A stretch of DNA of 50,920 nucleotides from Candidatus Zixiibacteriota bacterium (GTDB lineage Bacteria > Zixibacteria > MSB-5A5 > GN15 > FEB-12): assembly GCA_041742355.1 (NCBI GenBank), contig JBGSIV010000216.1:1-50920 (forward strand), written 5' to 3'. The notes below the pieces were generated by a model that saw nothing but the letters and a program-made list of their open reading frames with translations, was not told the DNA's origin and did no database searches. The stretch's first letter is position 1. The number at the start of each line of letters is the position of its first letter. Positions 18,309 through 28,290 of this stretch are shown here, piece by piece. The position numbers and the translations under genes were made by a program.

Positions 18309-20345
18309 ATGGACCGCACCGGGACCCACAAGCACCTGCCCCTCGTCCTCTTCGCCACCGTCGTCCTCTTTGTCGCCGGGCGTATCGCGGGCGAGAACCT
18401 GATGCAGAACAACTGGTCCTTCACGCACTGGGACCATTTCCCCTACGCGTACCTGGTCGGCTGGTGGATCGGGGCGGCTCTCCTCGCGTTCGCTCTCGGT
18501 CGCTTTCTCCCCGCGATCGCCGCGTTCCTGGAGTCTCGGCGCAATACGTTCGGCGCCGGATTCCTCCTGCTCGCGCTCTTCTGGGTGTTCCAGTTCGACT
18601 CGTTTCTCTACGGCGGCGGCAATGTCGAACTCGCGCGTGTCGCGCAGGAGGCCGACGTCATCCTACCGTGGTACGCCTACGGTTCGACGCTGATTGTCTG
18701 GTTGCTGAATGTCTTCTGGAGCCTGTTCGACCTCCACTACAACCTTGCCGGTGTGCTGGCCTGGAAGACGATGACCTTCGCCGCCGGCGCATTCGCCGTT
18801 GTCGGCGCCTGGAAAATCGCCGGCCTGCTCACCGAGGATCCCACCCGTCGCCTCGGCCTATTCCTCATCCTTTTCTTCGGCCCCCAGTTCCTCCTGTACC
18901 TCGGGTTTGTCGGCGTTGCCCCGGTGATTGCCGCTGTCGCGGTGTGGACCGCCTGGGGGATCACGCGGCTGGTCCATCAGCCCGGGGCGAAAAATGTCGC
19001 CGTGCTCTGGGGCATAGTGGTTCTCGGCGTGGTGCTCCACGCCTCCTGCCTCTTTTTGGTACCCGGTGCGGTGGTTGCAACTATCGGCTCGCTCGGCTTT
19101 GTTCGCGACCGCGAGTCGGTCCTCCCGGTAGTCGCCGGAGGACTCGCGCTTGCGGCGATAGCGGTCGCCCTCTACATAGTTGCGGACGGCTACCTCCTGC
19201 TGCGGTCATACCTGCTGCCGATCGACGGCAAGCCCCCGCACGCCGACTACGGGCTGTTTTCCTGGCGACACATGAGTGACATGCTGCAGACGATCTTCCT
19301 GCTTTTCCCGCTCGGCCTGGCCGCGTTGCTCGTGCTGCTGCGCCGGGTGCGCTGGGTGCTCGCCCACGCGCTTCCCTCGTCGGCGCTGCTGCTGTTCCTC
19401 GGAGGGGTTGGGGCCCTGACGGTCATGGACCCGGTTCACAGTATCGTCCTCGATCTCCCCCGCCTTGCGGCGTACCTCGCGCCGGGCGCGTTCCTGCTGG
19501 CCATTCTCGTCGGCGACCGTAAGACCGAGAACAACATCTCCCCCGCGGTCATCGGCCTTCTCGCGGCGTTGTCGCTCGTGCTGCCGTTGTCCTATTTGCC
19601 GGCGTACACCAGGATCGCCACCGCCGAGCGTTACACCACGCCGTATCTCGATCGCCACAACGCCTACTACCGCACCGCCGGTCTGGCTTTCCGCGATGCC
19701 TATTTTTATCGCAAGGAGCTCGATGAGGCCAACCGGTGGGATCAGGATTACGACCGGAAGTCGCCCGATTACCTCAATCTGAGCGGCATCACCGAATTCG
19801 CCACCGGCGACCGGCTGGATATCGCTCTGCCCAGCCTCAACAAGCTGATTGCCCGCAACCCTTATTGGGCCGAACCGCGCGCGCTCTATGCCAAGTACAT
19901 GATGGAGCAGGGGAAGTATGCCAGCGCCAAACCGGCGCTTGATACCGCCCTGTTCCTCGAGCCGTACAATCCCGCTCACCACTCCAACCTGTACGCCTGG
20001 TACCGCGACCAGAACCGTTTCGACACCGCGCTGATGATCATAGAGCACGCCGCGCAGCTCTTCCCGAACAACAAAGAGATCTACACCGACCTCATGATCA
20101 TCAACTACCGCACCGGGCGTCACGATGTCGCCGCCGCTTTGGCCGAGGAGATCATCGAGAAGTACCCCACCCAGGCCTATCCGTGGGTCATCAAAGGATT
20201 CCTGGCCGAGAAGGCCGGCAACCTTGCCGACGCACAGAAGTACTTCGAGCGGTTCGCCGGCATGGCCCCGGATGCTCCCGAGGCGCCGCAAATCCGGAAA
20301 CGCGCGAACGACATTTACCTGAAGCTCAGCGGCAGAGCGCAGTAG
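18309..20345 (+). CDS. Polytopic membrane protein with C-terminal TPR repeats
   Basis: More than 10 hydrophobic segments, then TPR-like repeats (ALFLEPYN, AAQLFPNN, IIEKYPTQ, FAGMAPDA). Confidence 0.75.
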   Translation: MDRTGTHKHLPLVLFATVVLFVAGRIAGENLMQNNWSFTHWDHFPYAYLVGWWIGAALLAFALGRFLPAIAAFLESRRNTFGAGFLLLALFWVFQFDSFLYGGGNVELARVAQEADVILPWYAYGSTLIVWLLNVFWSLFDLHYNLAGVLAWKTMTFAAGAFAVVGAWKIAGLLTEDPTRRLGLFLILFFGPQFLLYLGFVGVAPVIAAVAVWTAWGITRLVHQPGAKNVAVLWGIVVLGVVLHASCLFLVPGAVVATIGSLGFVRDRESVLPVVAGGLALAAIAVALYIVADGYLLLRSYLLPIDGKPPHADYGLFSWRHMSDMLQTIFLLFPLGLAALLVLLRRVRWVLAHALPSSALLLFLGGVGALTVMDPVHSIVLDLPRLAAYLAPGAFLLAILVGDRKTENNISPAVIGLLAALSLVLPLSYLPAYTRIATAERYTTPYLDRHNAYYRTAGLAFRDAYFYRKELDEANRWDQDYDRKSPDYLNLSGITEFATGDRLDIALPSLNKLIARNPYWAEPRALYAKYMMEQGKYASAKPALDTALFLEPYNPAHHSNLYAWYRDQNRFDTALMIIEHAAQLFPNNKEIYTDLMIINYRTGRHDVAAALAEEIIEKYPTQAYPWVIKGFLAEKAGNLADAQKYFERFAGMAPDAPEAPQIRKRANDIYLKLSGRAQ

Positions 20346-20946
20346 GATCTTTCGCGCCGGGGCCAGCCGTCCTCAGGTGGCGGCACAGACGATCCCGACG
20401 TCGGTCACCGGCTGCCTCTACACTCTTTCTCTTACTTACCGGGACATGCGCACAATCTCCATCAGTTTGCCGTTGATTTTGGACAGAATCGACGTTAACC
20501 TGCGGCACGCAAGTCCGTTACCGTAAGTCAATGAATAATAAGCAGATGGATGGCGAGCGAGACCGGCCAGAGCGGCTCGTTTTGGGGCCATTTTCCACCA
20601 GCGGATTTTGAAGAAAGGTCGGTTTCCCGCAGGTGAAGATCCCCTTGAGAAAATTCAACGCAGGCACATGGCAGTGGATTGGCCGAAGAGGGGGAAGTGT
20701 TGAAAGAGTCTATGAATAGTCGTTGCGACCCCGGCGAAGGCCGAGGGAAGCAATCTCTCTTGCAGTAGATCAAGCACTGCTCTGCGCGCCTGACATGGAC
20801 TCGTTGAAGTAAACGTAATTCCGGCTCCCCGGAGCCTGACTTGCTGCATCGATGATGGTGGACCTGTGAACGGTCCACCGTCCAAGGCAGTTTTATAGTG
20901 CCATCAACGCCGCGAAGCCGCCCGAATCCCGCCGATCAGCCGAAAC

Positions 20947-23796
20947 CTACGGACACGGAAACGGCGCCGCGCCTCCTCGGAACAGGTAATTCACGAGGAA
21001 AGTCAGGTCTGACACGTTAACCTGATGGTCGCCGCTCAAGTCAGCTTCGTCAAAGCAGCTTGCTTCGGGACCGTCCTTGAAAAGGTACTGGACCATATAA
21101 GTAAGATCGGATACGTTGACTCTGCTGTCGTGGGTCGCATCGCCACGCAGAGAGCAGCAGTATGTCACCACATATTGATAGCCCGAGTCCGGAATATCTT
21201 CGACCAACACTCCCATGGCAACAGTATCGGCCACACCGAAAGAGCATCCAAATATACTGAATGAGTCGGTCGGATTTGCTGAAGGCCGAGGAATGACCTC
21301 GATCGCGTACGCGCCAGTCTTCACGTACGGGATGCTCACGACAACCCCGGTATCCCCCTCCTCCTTCACAAAGTAGTCATATTCAGCGTCGACGATATAT
21401 GTGGTGTCCACACCTACGCTGAGACCATCGGGGTCGGTAACAACGATATCGACCGGCGAGTTGACGACAAACCAACCCTTCCTTCGAAACCGCTCGCTTT
21501 CCTGTCCACTAAGTATGAAGTGTACGTCGTCAATCCATACGCGACTGTCCACGTCACCGTCGCTGCTCACCAATGCGAGGGTGACTTTCCTGACAGTGCC
21601 AGGAAAGTCGGTACCTGCAATAGGAAGGACATGAGGCATAAAGTAGCCGATCTTACCCAACTCCAAGGGCTCTCCGATCTGGGAATTGTCGATGTAGGCT
21701 ACAATATAGTCCGCAGAAGAGAAGATGCTCGGCCAGTATACACGGTACGCGAACGCCAGGTGAGTGGCGTTCTCCGGAATATAGCACCAGTTGTGCTGCG
21801 CGACCTCACTGCCCTCCTTCAGCTTAAGGCTGCGTCCTTCCACGGAGATATCAGCAATGCCGCCTTGGTAGCTCCAGCCTGGCTTTCTGCCTAGATGCGC
21901 CAGGCCAACCAGCCCGGTTTCCGAGCGAGAAAACTCCCCATTGAAGATGCTCCCGGCATATACACCCGCATCTTCACAAACGTCAACGTGCGAAACCGGC
22001 GAGAAACCATCGTAGCCGGTTTGGTCGAATATCAGGCTTCTGTTGAAGCCCACGGCGCTTCGCGGGCCTAGGTTATTAATGTACCACCCGGACGGGTCGA
22101 AGTCCTCTCCTGCAACGTAGCAGCCGTCGTAGTCAAATAGAACGCACGCCGTATCGATCGTTCCATGATACCAGGTATGCACCTTCGTATGGGTGTAGTT
22201 ACCGGGATACCATGGCGCACCGAGTACTTCGGTTAGATCAAAATTGGCTGTTGACAGGTTTAGCCCGGTCAGGCTACCGCCCGGCAGGCCATTGAGTACT
22301 TCGTCCACATAGTAGCAATCCCCCTGACGATAGTTATCGAAGAAACCGACATTGTTCCAAGCAATGACCGCTCTTGTCTTCTCTGCCGGTAACCACTCAA
22401 CCTCAGAACAACCGATGTTCGCGGATTCGTCGCCAGCTGAGGATACATCCGCAATACAGTCGCTTCCCTCGCTGTCCCAAGGATGCGCATCAAGTGTGGT
22501 CAAGTGAATTGCTCTGTCAACCGAGCCTATTGCCGGATCGGTCTCGAGTAGATCTGCGAAAAGTCCCAATCGCTGGATTGTCTCAGAGGCCACTACAGCC
22601 CCTCTACTGTGGGCAATGAAGTGTAGTTGATTCAAGTGCCAAAGCCCAGCTTGTGCGCCCTGAATCAACTTTGCAAAGAGTGCATCCGCTGCCCCTTCGG
22701 AAAATCCTGCCGCGTCTATCCGTGACTCCGGGACCCAACAGAACGCAATGACCTGCTCGCCGGGGCTCGCATCGGCAAGGGGAGCTATGTCAGCAGGATA
22801 ATAGCCACTCTCAATCTTGATGACTCGACCTGCGCCTGCCCGCTGAATGATGGCGTCCGCCATGCGTGGCACCCAGAGTGCCCCAGAGCTGAAGTCTTCC
22901 CCCTCCGCCGTATAACCGTGAATAAGCACCGTCGTGCCAAAGCTCAGGGATGTTGATGGACACTCGTTGAATCCACAGATTGCCGGCGGGCTGTTTCCTT
23001 CGGTCAGATCGAACGCGCTGTTTCCCTGAGCATTGTTCAGCTTAGAGGCCGTCCCCGCGGCGCCGTTCATGTGCCAGAGTATCACCGTGTTGGCGTCCAC
23101 CGCCAGTTCGGCTCCACTGGCAAAGTAGCCGGATATCTCCGCCGGCGTTCTTGCCACATTGGACACGCGGATCTCATCAAGGGACCCATGGACGAAGTAT
23201 TGAGAATAAGGATACGATGTATTGTATCTCCGACCCAGGAAGCCCGAGCTATTCATGCCACTCAGATCGAAATTGACTCCGTGGTCTGCTTCCGCGTCCA
23301 ACTGGCCATCAAGGTAAATCCTCAGGACTCCATCTTCACGAGTGCACGCAAAATACGTCCATACGTTTAAAGGAATCACTGAAATAGACCTAACGTACTG
23401 GTCAGAACTACCCGAACTCCCCACTTTCGCGGCGTGAAACAACATCAGGCCATCAGCATGAACCGTGACTTTCAAATTCGGCCGACCCGTGGCGCCGTCT
23501 TGCTCCTGGTTGTATAAGGGCTCTCCATAGACATAGTTGTCCAGTTTCACCCATCCTTCGATTGTGAAATTACCGGTCCCCGGGTTGTACGACTGGAACG
23601 ACAGGTATTGATCCACTCCGTTCAGGTGATATGCGCCATTCGCCTCGATTGGAGCCTCTGTAACAATGTTATTCCCGGCGTAACTTTCCTCCGCAGACGG
23701 CCGCTGCAAATCAGTTATTGGCGTTCCCGAGAAGATCTCTGTGGCACTCAAAAACGACATGGCGAAAACCGCTGTCTTGAGCGAGGGGAAATTCAT
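20947..23796 (-). CDS. Secreted LamG-like domain + alpha/beta-hydrolase-like domain + C-terminal dockerin-like protein
   Basis: FTIEGWVK...WTYFACT...IYLDG...GSLDEIRVSN (LamG); VLIHGY and FIAHSRGA (nucleophile elbow); GDATHDSRVNVSDLTYMVQYLF/ADLSGDHQVNVSDLTFLVNYLF. Confidence 0.8.
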   Translation of the reverse strand: MNFPSLKTAVFAMSFLSATEIFSGTPITDLQRPSAEESYAGNNIVTEAPIEANGAYHLNGVDQYLSFQSYNPGTGNFTIEGWVKLDNYVYGEPLYNQEQDGATGRPNLKVTVHADGLMLFHAAKVGSSGSSDQYVRSISVIPLNVWTYFACTREDGVLRIYLDGQLDAEADHGVNFDLSGMNSSGFLGRRYNTSYPYSQYFVHGSLDEIRVSNVARTPAEISGYFASGAELAVDANTVILWHMNGAAGTASKLNNAQGNSAFDLTEGNSPPAICGFNECPSTSLSFGTTVLIHGYTAEGEDFSSGALWVPRMADAIIQRAGAGRVIKIESGYYPADIAPLADASPGEQVIAFCWVPESRIDAAGFSEGAADALFAKLIQGAQAGLWHLNQLHFIAHSRGAVVASETIQRLGLFADLLETDPAIGSVDRAIHLTTLDAHPWDSEGSDCIADVSSAGDESANIGCSEVEWLPAEKTRAVIAWNNVGFFDNYRQGDCYYVDEVLNGLPGGSLTGLNLSTANFDLTEVLGAPWYPGNYTHTKVHTWYHGTIDTACVLFDYDGCYVAGEDFDPSGWYINNLGPRSAVGFNRSLIFDQTGYDGFSPVSHVDVCEDAGVYAGSIFNGEFSRSETGLVGLAHLGRKPGWSYQGGIADISVEGRSLKLKEGSEVAQHNWCYIPENATHLAFAYRVYWPSIFSSADYIVAYIDNSQIGEPLELGKIGYFMPHVLPIAGTDFPGTVRKVTLALVSSDGDVDSRVWIDDVHFILSGQESERFRRKGWFVVNSPVDIVVTDPDGLSVGVDTTYIVDAEYDYFVKEEGDTGVVVSIPYVKTGAYAIEVIPRPSANPTDSFSIFGCSFGVADTVAMGVLVEDIPDSGYQYVVTYCCSLRGDATHDSRVNVSDLTYMVQYLFKDGPEASCFDEADLSGDHQVNVSDLTFLVNYLFRGGAAPFPCP

Positions 23797-24091
23797 ACAG
23801 GTGCCCTTCCTTGTCGCCGAAACCATTTCGTTGAATTGACTTGATGGCGCGCGGGACCTTCACAGAGATACACCCTGCGCTCCTCACTTTGGAGTACACA
23901 ACCGCACACACGGAGAAACCCTCGAAGAACCTGCCGAATCAGTACCCAAAACACCGACAGATCTACATCGACTCGCCCCGCTAAATGTAAATAAACGACA
24001 TTATGGGATGGAAGTCAAAACAAAGATACCGGGCTCCCCAATATCCGGCGGATCTTTCCGCCGTTTGGGTGCCCTTGAACCCCGACCCCCT

Positions 24092-25489
24092 CTACCGTTG
24101 ATCCAGGCGCGCGAAACCGTCCAGCGCCGCCACCTTGTAGGCCTCGGACAACGTCGGATAGTTGAACACCGTATCGGTGAAGTAGTCCAGCGTTCCCCCG
24201 TGGGTCATCACGGCCTGGCCGATATGAATGAGCTCGGTCGCCCGTTCGCCCACTATGTGCACGCCCAGCAGCCGCCGCGATTTCGGATCGAATATCAGCT
24301 TGAGCATTCCATCGTGATCGTTGATAATCTGCCCCCGCGCCAGTTCGAAATACCGCGCGATACCGATTTCGTAGTCCTCCCCGGCCGCCGACAAAGCTTC
24401 TTCGGTCTGCCCCACCATCGAGACCTCGGGGATGGTGTAGATCCCAAACGGCAGAAGTGAATTGATGCAGGAGGTGTCTCCGCGACGGAACGCGTGGATC
24501 GCGGCCAGCCGTCCCTGATCCATCGACACGGATGCGAGAGAAGGGAACCCGATCACATCCCCCACCGCGTAGATGTTCGGCACTTTTGTCCGGTACATTT
24601 CGTCGACTTTGATCAGTCCGCGGTCATCGACCTCGATTCCGAGCTGGTCCAGGCCGAGGCACTCGGTGTTTCCGACCCGCCCGGCGGTGAAGAGCGCCCG
24701 ATCTGAAATCACGCGCCGCCCGCTCTGTGTCACCGCCACCACCTGCTCCCCTTCGCGGTAGACTTCTTTCATGCCTTCGCCGAGCACGAGGTTGATGCGG
24801 TACTTGCGCATGAGATAGGTCAGGGCGTCGGCGATCTCCCGGTCGAGGAACGACAGCAGCCGTTCCCGGCTGTCGACTATGGTGACGTTGACGCCGATAT
24901 GGGCGAAGATCGAGGCATACTCGCAGCCGATCACGCCGCCGCCGATAATAGTCAGCGACCGGGGCAGGGTATCGATGTTGATGATGCTCTCGGCGTCGTA
25001 GACAAACTTGTGATCGAAGTCAACTCCCGGCGTGTGCCACGACCGCGTCCCGGTCGAGATGATGATCACCTCGCCGCGCAACTCGCTCTGCACGCCGTCG
25101 TCATTGGTCACCGCCACCGTATGCGGGTCCTTGATCGATCCGATTCCCTGGATCACTTCGATCCGGTGCCGCGCCATGTTCTGCTGGATGACTTCGACTT
25201 CCTGCTGGATCACCTGTCCCTTGCGGTACATCAGCTCGGCCACGGAGACATTCGGCCGCACGTTCCCGATCAGTCCGTAGACGGAGCGCTGGCGCAGTCC
25301 GGAGATGTACATGACGGTCTCGCGGAGCGTCTTGGACGGAATGGTGCCGGTGTGAATGCACACGCCACCCTGGACCGAGCGGCGTTCGATGATCGCTGTC
25401 GACTTGCGCATCTTGGCGGCTTCGATTGCCGCCTTCTCCCCGGCCGGACCGGATCCTATGATGATGAGATCGAATTCTTTCGCTACCAC
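24092..25489 (-). CDS. sthA: Soluble pyridine nucleotide transhydrogenase
   Basis: IGSGPAG, GGVCIHTGTIPSKTLRE (CxxxxT), GIYTIPE, FNYPTLSEAYKVAALD. Confidence 0.92.
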   Translation of the reverse strand: MVAKEFDLIIIGSGPAGEKAAIEAAKMRKSTAIIERRSVQGGVCIHTGTIPSKTLRETVMYISGLRQRSVYGLIGNVRPNVSVAELMYRKGQVIQQEVEVIQQNMARHRIEVIQGIGSIKDPHTVAVTNDDGVQSELRGEVIIISTGTRSWHTPGVDFDHKFVYDAESIINIDTLPRSLTIIGGGVIGCEYASIFAHIGVNVTIVDSRERLLSFLDREIADALTYLMRKYRINLVLGEGMKEVYREGEQVVAVTQSGRRVISDRALFTAGRVGNTECLGLDQLGIEVDDRGLIKVDEMYRTKVPNIYAVGDVIGFPSLASVSMDQGRLAAIHAFRRGDTSCINSLLPFGIYTIPEVSMVGQTEEALSAAGEDYEIGIARYFELARGQIINDHDGMLKLIFDPKSRRLLGVHIVGERATELIHIGQAVMTHGGTLDYFTDTVFNYPTLSEAYKVAALDGFARLDQR

Positions 25490-26548
25490 TTACCTGTCTT
25501 CCTCTTTGGGAATCGCGGTGACCGTTTCCGCGGCGACCTCGGGGCCGTCGCGAAGGCTCTCCAACTGGGTCTGCATCTCGCCCGTTTCGGAGCGAGCCTT
25601 GTCGAGGTTCAGGCTCAGCATACGGGCCGAACCGGCCATCCGCTCGTGGGCCGACTCAAGCTTCTCCACCGATTCGCGCAATGCGTGGAGAACAGCCGTC
25701 AACCGGCGGGTGTTCCCGGCCAATCCGGCCTCGGTGTAGATCGCCGCCACCGACGCCAGGAAGGCGTACAGGTGTCCCGGCGAGCTGGGAATGACGCGTT
25801 TCGACAACGCGTACGCCAGAAGTTCCGATCCCGCGTCCGACACCAGGCGGTAGTAGACCGCCTCCGACGGAATATACATTACCGCGAAATCGGTCGTGCC
25901 TTCATCGGGACGGAGGTACTTTGCGGCGATCGAGTCGATCTGTCCTTTGATTGCTTTGCGGAACTCGCGGTCGGTCTGCTCGTTCTCCCCCGACACCTGC
26001 ATTCGCTCGAACGCCTCGAGCGGGAACTTCGAGTCGACCGGCAGCATTCGGTCTCCCAGCCGGATGACCGCGTCCACCCGCGCGCCGTCGCGAAACGCAT
26101 ACTGCATCTGGAAGAGCGCGGTCGGGAGAATCTGGCCGAGCAGGTTCTCCAGGAGCAGTTCTCCGAGGCCGCCGCGGAGTTTCGGCGGTTTGAGCAGGTC
26201 CGACAGCGCCTGAATGTTCTTCCCGATCTCCTCAATCTGCTGCGTCTGGCGCTGCAGTTGTCCCAGCCGGTGTTCGATCTCGGTCACCACTCCGAGGCGG
26301 CGATCCATCGCCGTGGTGCCTTCGGCCAGCCGTTCATTGAGCCCGCGGCTCGCTGTGTCGAGGCTCTCGCGCAGCGCCACCAGCCCTTCCATCTGGCGGC
26401 TCACCAGCTCCGCCTTGAGGCTGTCGACCATCGCCTGCAGTTGCAGTGTCTGGTCCGGCCCTTTCCGGCGCAGCGTGACGACCAGCCACGCCACCACAAT
26501 GGTGAGCGCCGCCACGAGGAGGACGTTGATGGTGGTTAGTACGTCCAT
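25490..26548 (-). CDS. rmuC: DNA recombination protein RmuC
   Basis: N-terminal TM and coiled coil; PKLRGGLGE, VDSKFPL, TTDFAVMYIPSE. Confidence 0.9.
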   Translation of the reverse strand: MDVLTTINVLLVAALTIVVAWLVVTLRRKGPDQTLQLQAMVDSLKAELVSRQMEGLVALRESLDTASRGLNERLAEGTTAMDRRLGVVTEIEHRLGQLQRQTQQIEEIGKNIQALSDLLKPPKLRGGLGELLLENLLGQILPTALFQMQYAFRDGARVDAVIRLGDRMLPVDSKFPLEAFERMQVSGENEQTDREFRKAIKGQIDSIAAKYLRPDEGTTDFAVMYIPSEAVYYRLVSDAGSELLAYALSKRVIPSSPGHLYAFLASVAAIYTEAGLAGNTRRLTAVLHALRESVEKLESAHERMAGSARMLSLNLDKARSETGEMQTQLESLRDGPEVAAETVTAIPKEEDR

Positions 26549-26561
26549 GCCGGTAGGGACG

Positions 26562-28157
26562 TCAGTTCTTCAGGAGTTTGTGATCTGTCTCAGTCGGTAC
26601 GGCGCCGTCGGACAGGTCGAGCAGATACCGCACCGCGACGTCGTTGCCGTCCTCGCCGTGGTATTCCGACGACGGCGTTATGCCGAATATGTACTTTCCG
26701 ACCAGTTGGTTGGTGGCGTAGTCGTACAGCCCCGCCTCGTTGGCGTCAAATCGGATTCCCCAGCGATACGCGGGGTAGGGCATTGCCCCCTGGTACTGCT
26801 CTTCGAAGAGCATCGACCGCACGCCTTCAAGGCGCTTGTCGTAGCCGAACAGGAGGTTGCCTTCAGGCATCGCGGCGCTGTCGCCGACAACCTGCAGGGA
26901 GGCCCACTTCTTTTCGACATTCACCTGCATTCCCTCCTGAACAAAGCTCTTCTTCCCCTTCTTGAGGCTCCCTGGGGCGAATACGGAGCGGTCTTTCTGC
27001 AGGCGGCCGCAGTAGGCCTGGAAGTCGGCCAGCAGGGCCTCCCACGACTTCACCCCGGCGGCTTCGTAAATCGTTCGCTTCACCGCCGGCGCAAGCATCC
27101 CGGATACCTGATCAAACGTCCCCGACAACGCCAGGTACAACTGCATGAACCCTTCCAGGCCCATCCGGTCGATCAGGTAGCCGCTGAACAGCCCGGCCAC
27201 CGGGTAGGCCATGTCGGCGCCGGCCTGCGATTCGAATCGGTCCATCGAAATGATCGAGTCCACCTCGACAATCTGGTTTTCGTGCAGGAAGGCCCCGAGG
27301 AACACCAGCGAGGTCGGCGCTTTTCCCCAGCGCCCGCCGAAGTGCACCGCGAGCCCCTCGCGCAGAATCGGCTGGGTGTACAGCGGCAAGGTCCGCAGCT
27401 TGATATTCACGAGCAGGTGGATCAGTTCGTGGTTGTGGGGGAAGTAGGAGCTGATGATGTCGTTCGAGGCGAGGTCGGTCGTTCCCTTCGTGAAGTGCCC
27501 CGTGATCTCCGCCACCGAGGAATCCGACTTGCAGAAGAAGAATTCCACCTTCTTGTCGGCTATCTCCGCCACATCGGTTTTCGCCATTTTCAGCGAGTCG
27601 GCCACTTTCTCCACGTACCGGTCGGCCTGTTCGAGGAGCACCGGGTGCAGGAATTCGTCCGTTCCCGGTTCGTAGTGGATGCGGTAGTACTTCGTCTCCA
27701 GGACGTTCCAGTCGCGGGCGAAGTAGTCCTGGGGATAGGTCAGCCAGAAGTACTGGCCGTCGTACCGGGCGTAGTACGGGTATTCCACCGCTTGCCCGCC
27801 GACGACCTTCTTGAAGTCCAGCCGGACGAAATTGCCGCCGTCGAGCACGTTGACCTGGCTCACGGCCGGGAAGAGGTAGTCGCGCATGACCGGCAGGTTT
27901 CGCACGATCGGCGAGGACGCGTCGACTTTCAGGGGGATACCGGAAAACGTGATGCCGAACCGGCTGCTGCGGTTCAGGGCCGCCTGGGTCCAGAGTCCTT
28001 CAGCCGAGGCCAGGTTCCCCGACAGCATGAGGTCGAAGTAGTCCTCGAGCAACTGAATGGCCGGCTGCGTCGATACCGGTTCCTGTTCCTGTGCCCGGGC
28101 AGGGCCGGCGAGTGTCAGCAGAAGAATGGCAGCGGCGAGGGACACAAGGCGTTTCAT
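26562..28157 (-). CDS. Secreted protein with gluzincin-like (peptidase MA) motif
   Basis: Signal peptide MKRLVSLAAAILL; HELIH followed by EGLA. Confidence 0.65.
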   Translation of the reverse strand: MKRLVSLAAAILLLTLAGPARAQEQEPVSTQPAIQLLEDYFDLMLSGNLASAEGLWTQAALNRSSRFGITFSGIPLKVDASSPIVRNLPVMRDYLFPAVSQVNVLDGGNFVRLDFKKVVGGQAVEYPYYARYDGQYFWLTYPQDYFARDWNVLETKYYRIHYEPGTDEFLHPVLLEQADRYVEKVADSLKMAKTDVAEIADKKVEFFFCKSDSSVAEITGHFTKGTTDLASNDIISSYFPHNHELIHLLVNIKLRTLPLYTQPILREGLAVHFGGRWGKAPTSLVFLGAFLHENQIVEVDSIISMDRFESQAGADMAYPVAGLFSGYLIDRMGLEGFMQLYLALSGTFDQVSGMLAPAVKRTIYEAAGVKSWEALLADFQAYCGRLQKDRSVFAPGSLKKGKKSFVQEGMQVNVEKKWASLQVVGDSAAMPEGNLLFGYDKRLEGVRSMLFEEQYQGAMPYPAYRWGIRFDANEAGLYDYATNQLVGKYIFGITPSSEYHGEDGNDVAVRYLLDLSDGAVPTETDHKLLKN

Positions 28158-28230
28158 CAAGTCTCTCCTGTTTTCTCGGCTGGGTGGATGAATATACATC
28201 CTTTGTACCGGCCTTGTCCAGCGGTGGCCG

Positions 28231-28269
28231 AAAAAAAGGGCCCCCCGGCTGTTACACCACGGGAGCCCT
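28231..28269 (-). terminator. Intrinsic terminator ending the TonB receptor-PorV operon
   Basis: AGGGCTCCC...GGGGGGCCCT plus T7 on minus strand. Confidence 0.7.
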
Positions 28270-28290
28270 GTATCCTGGGTACCAATCTGC

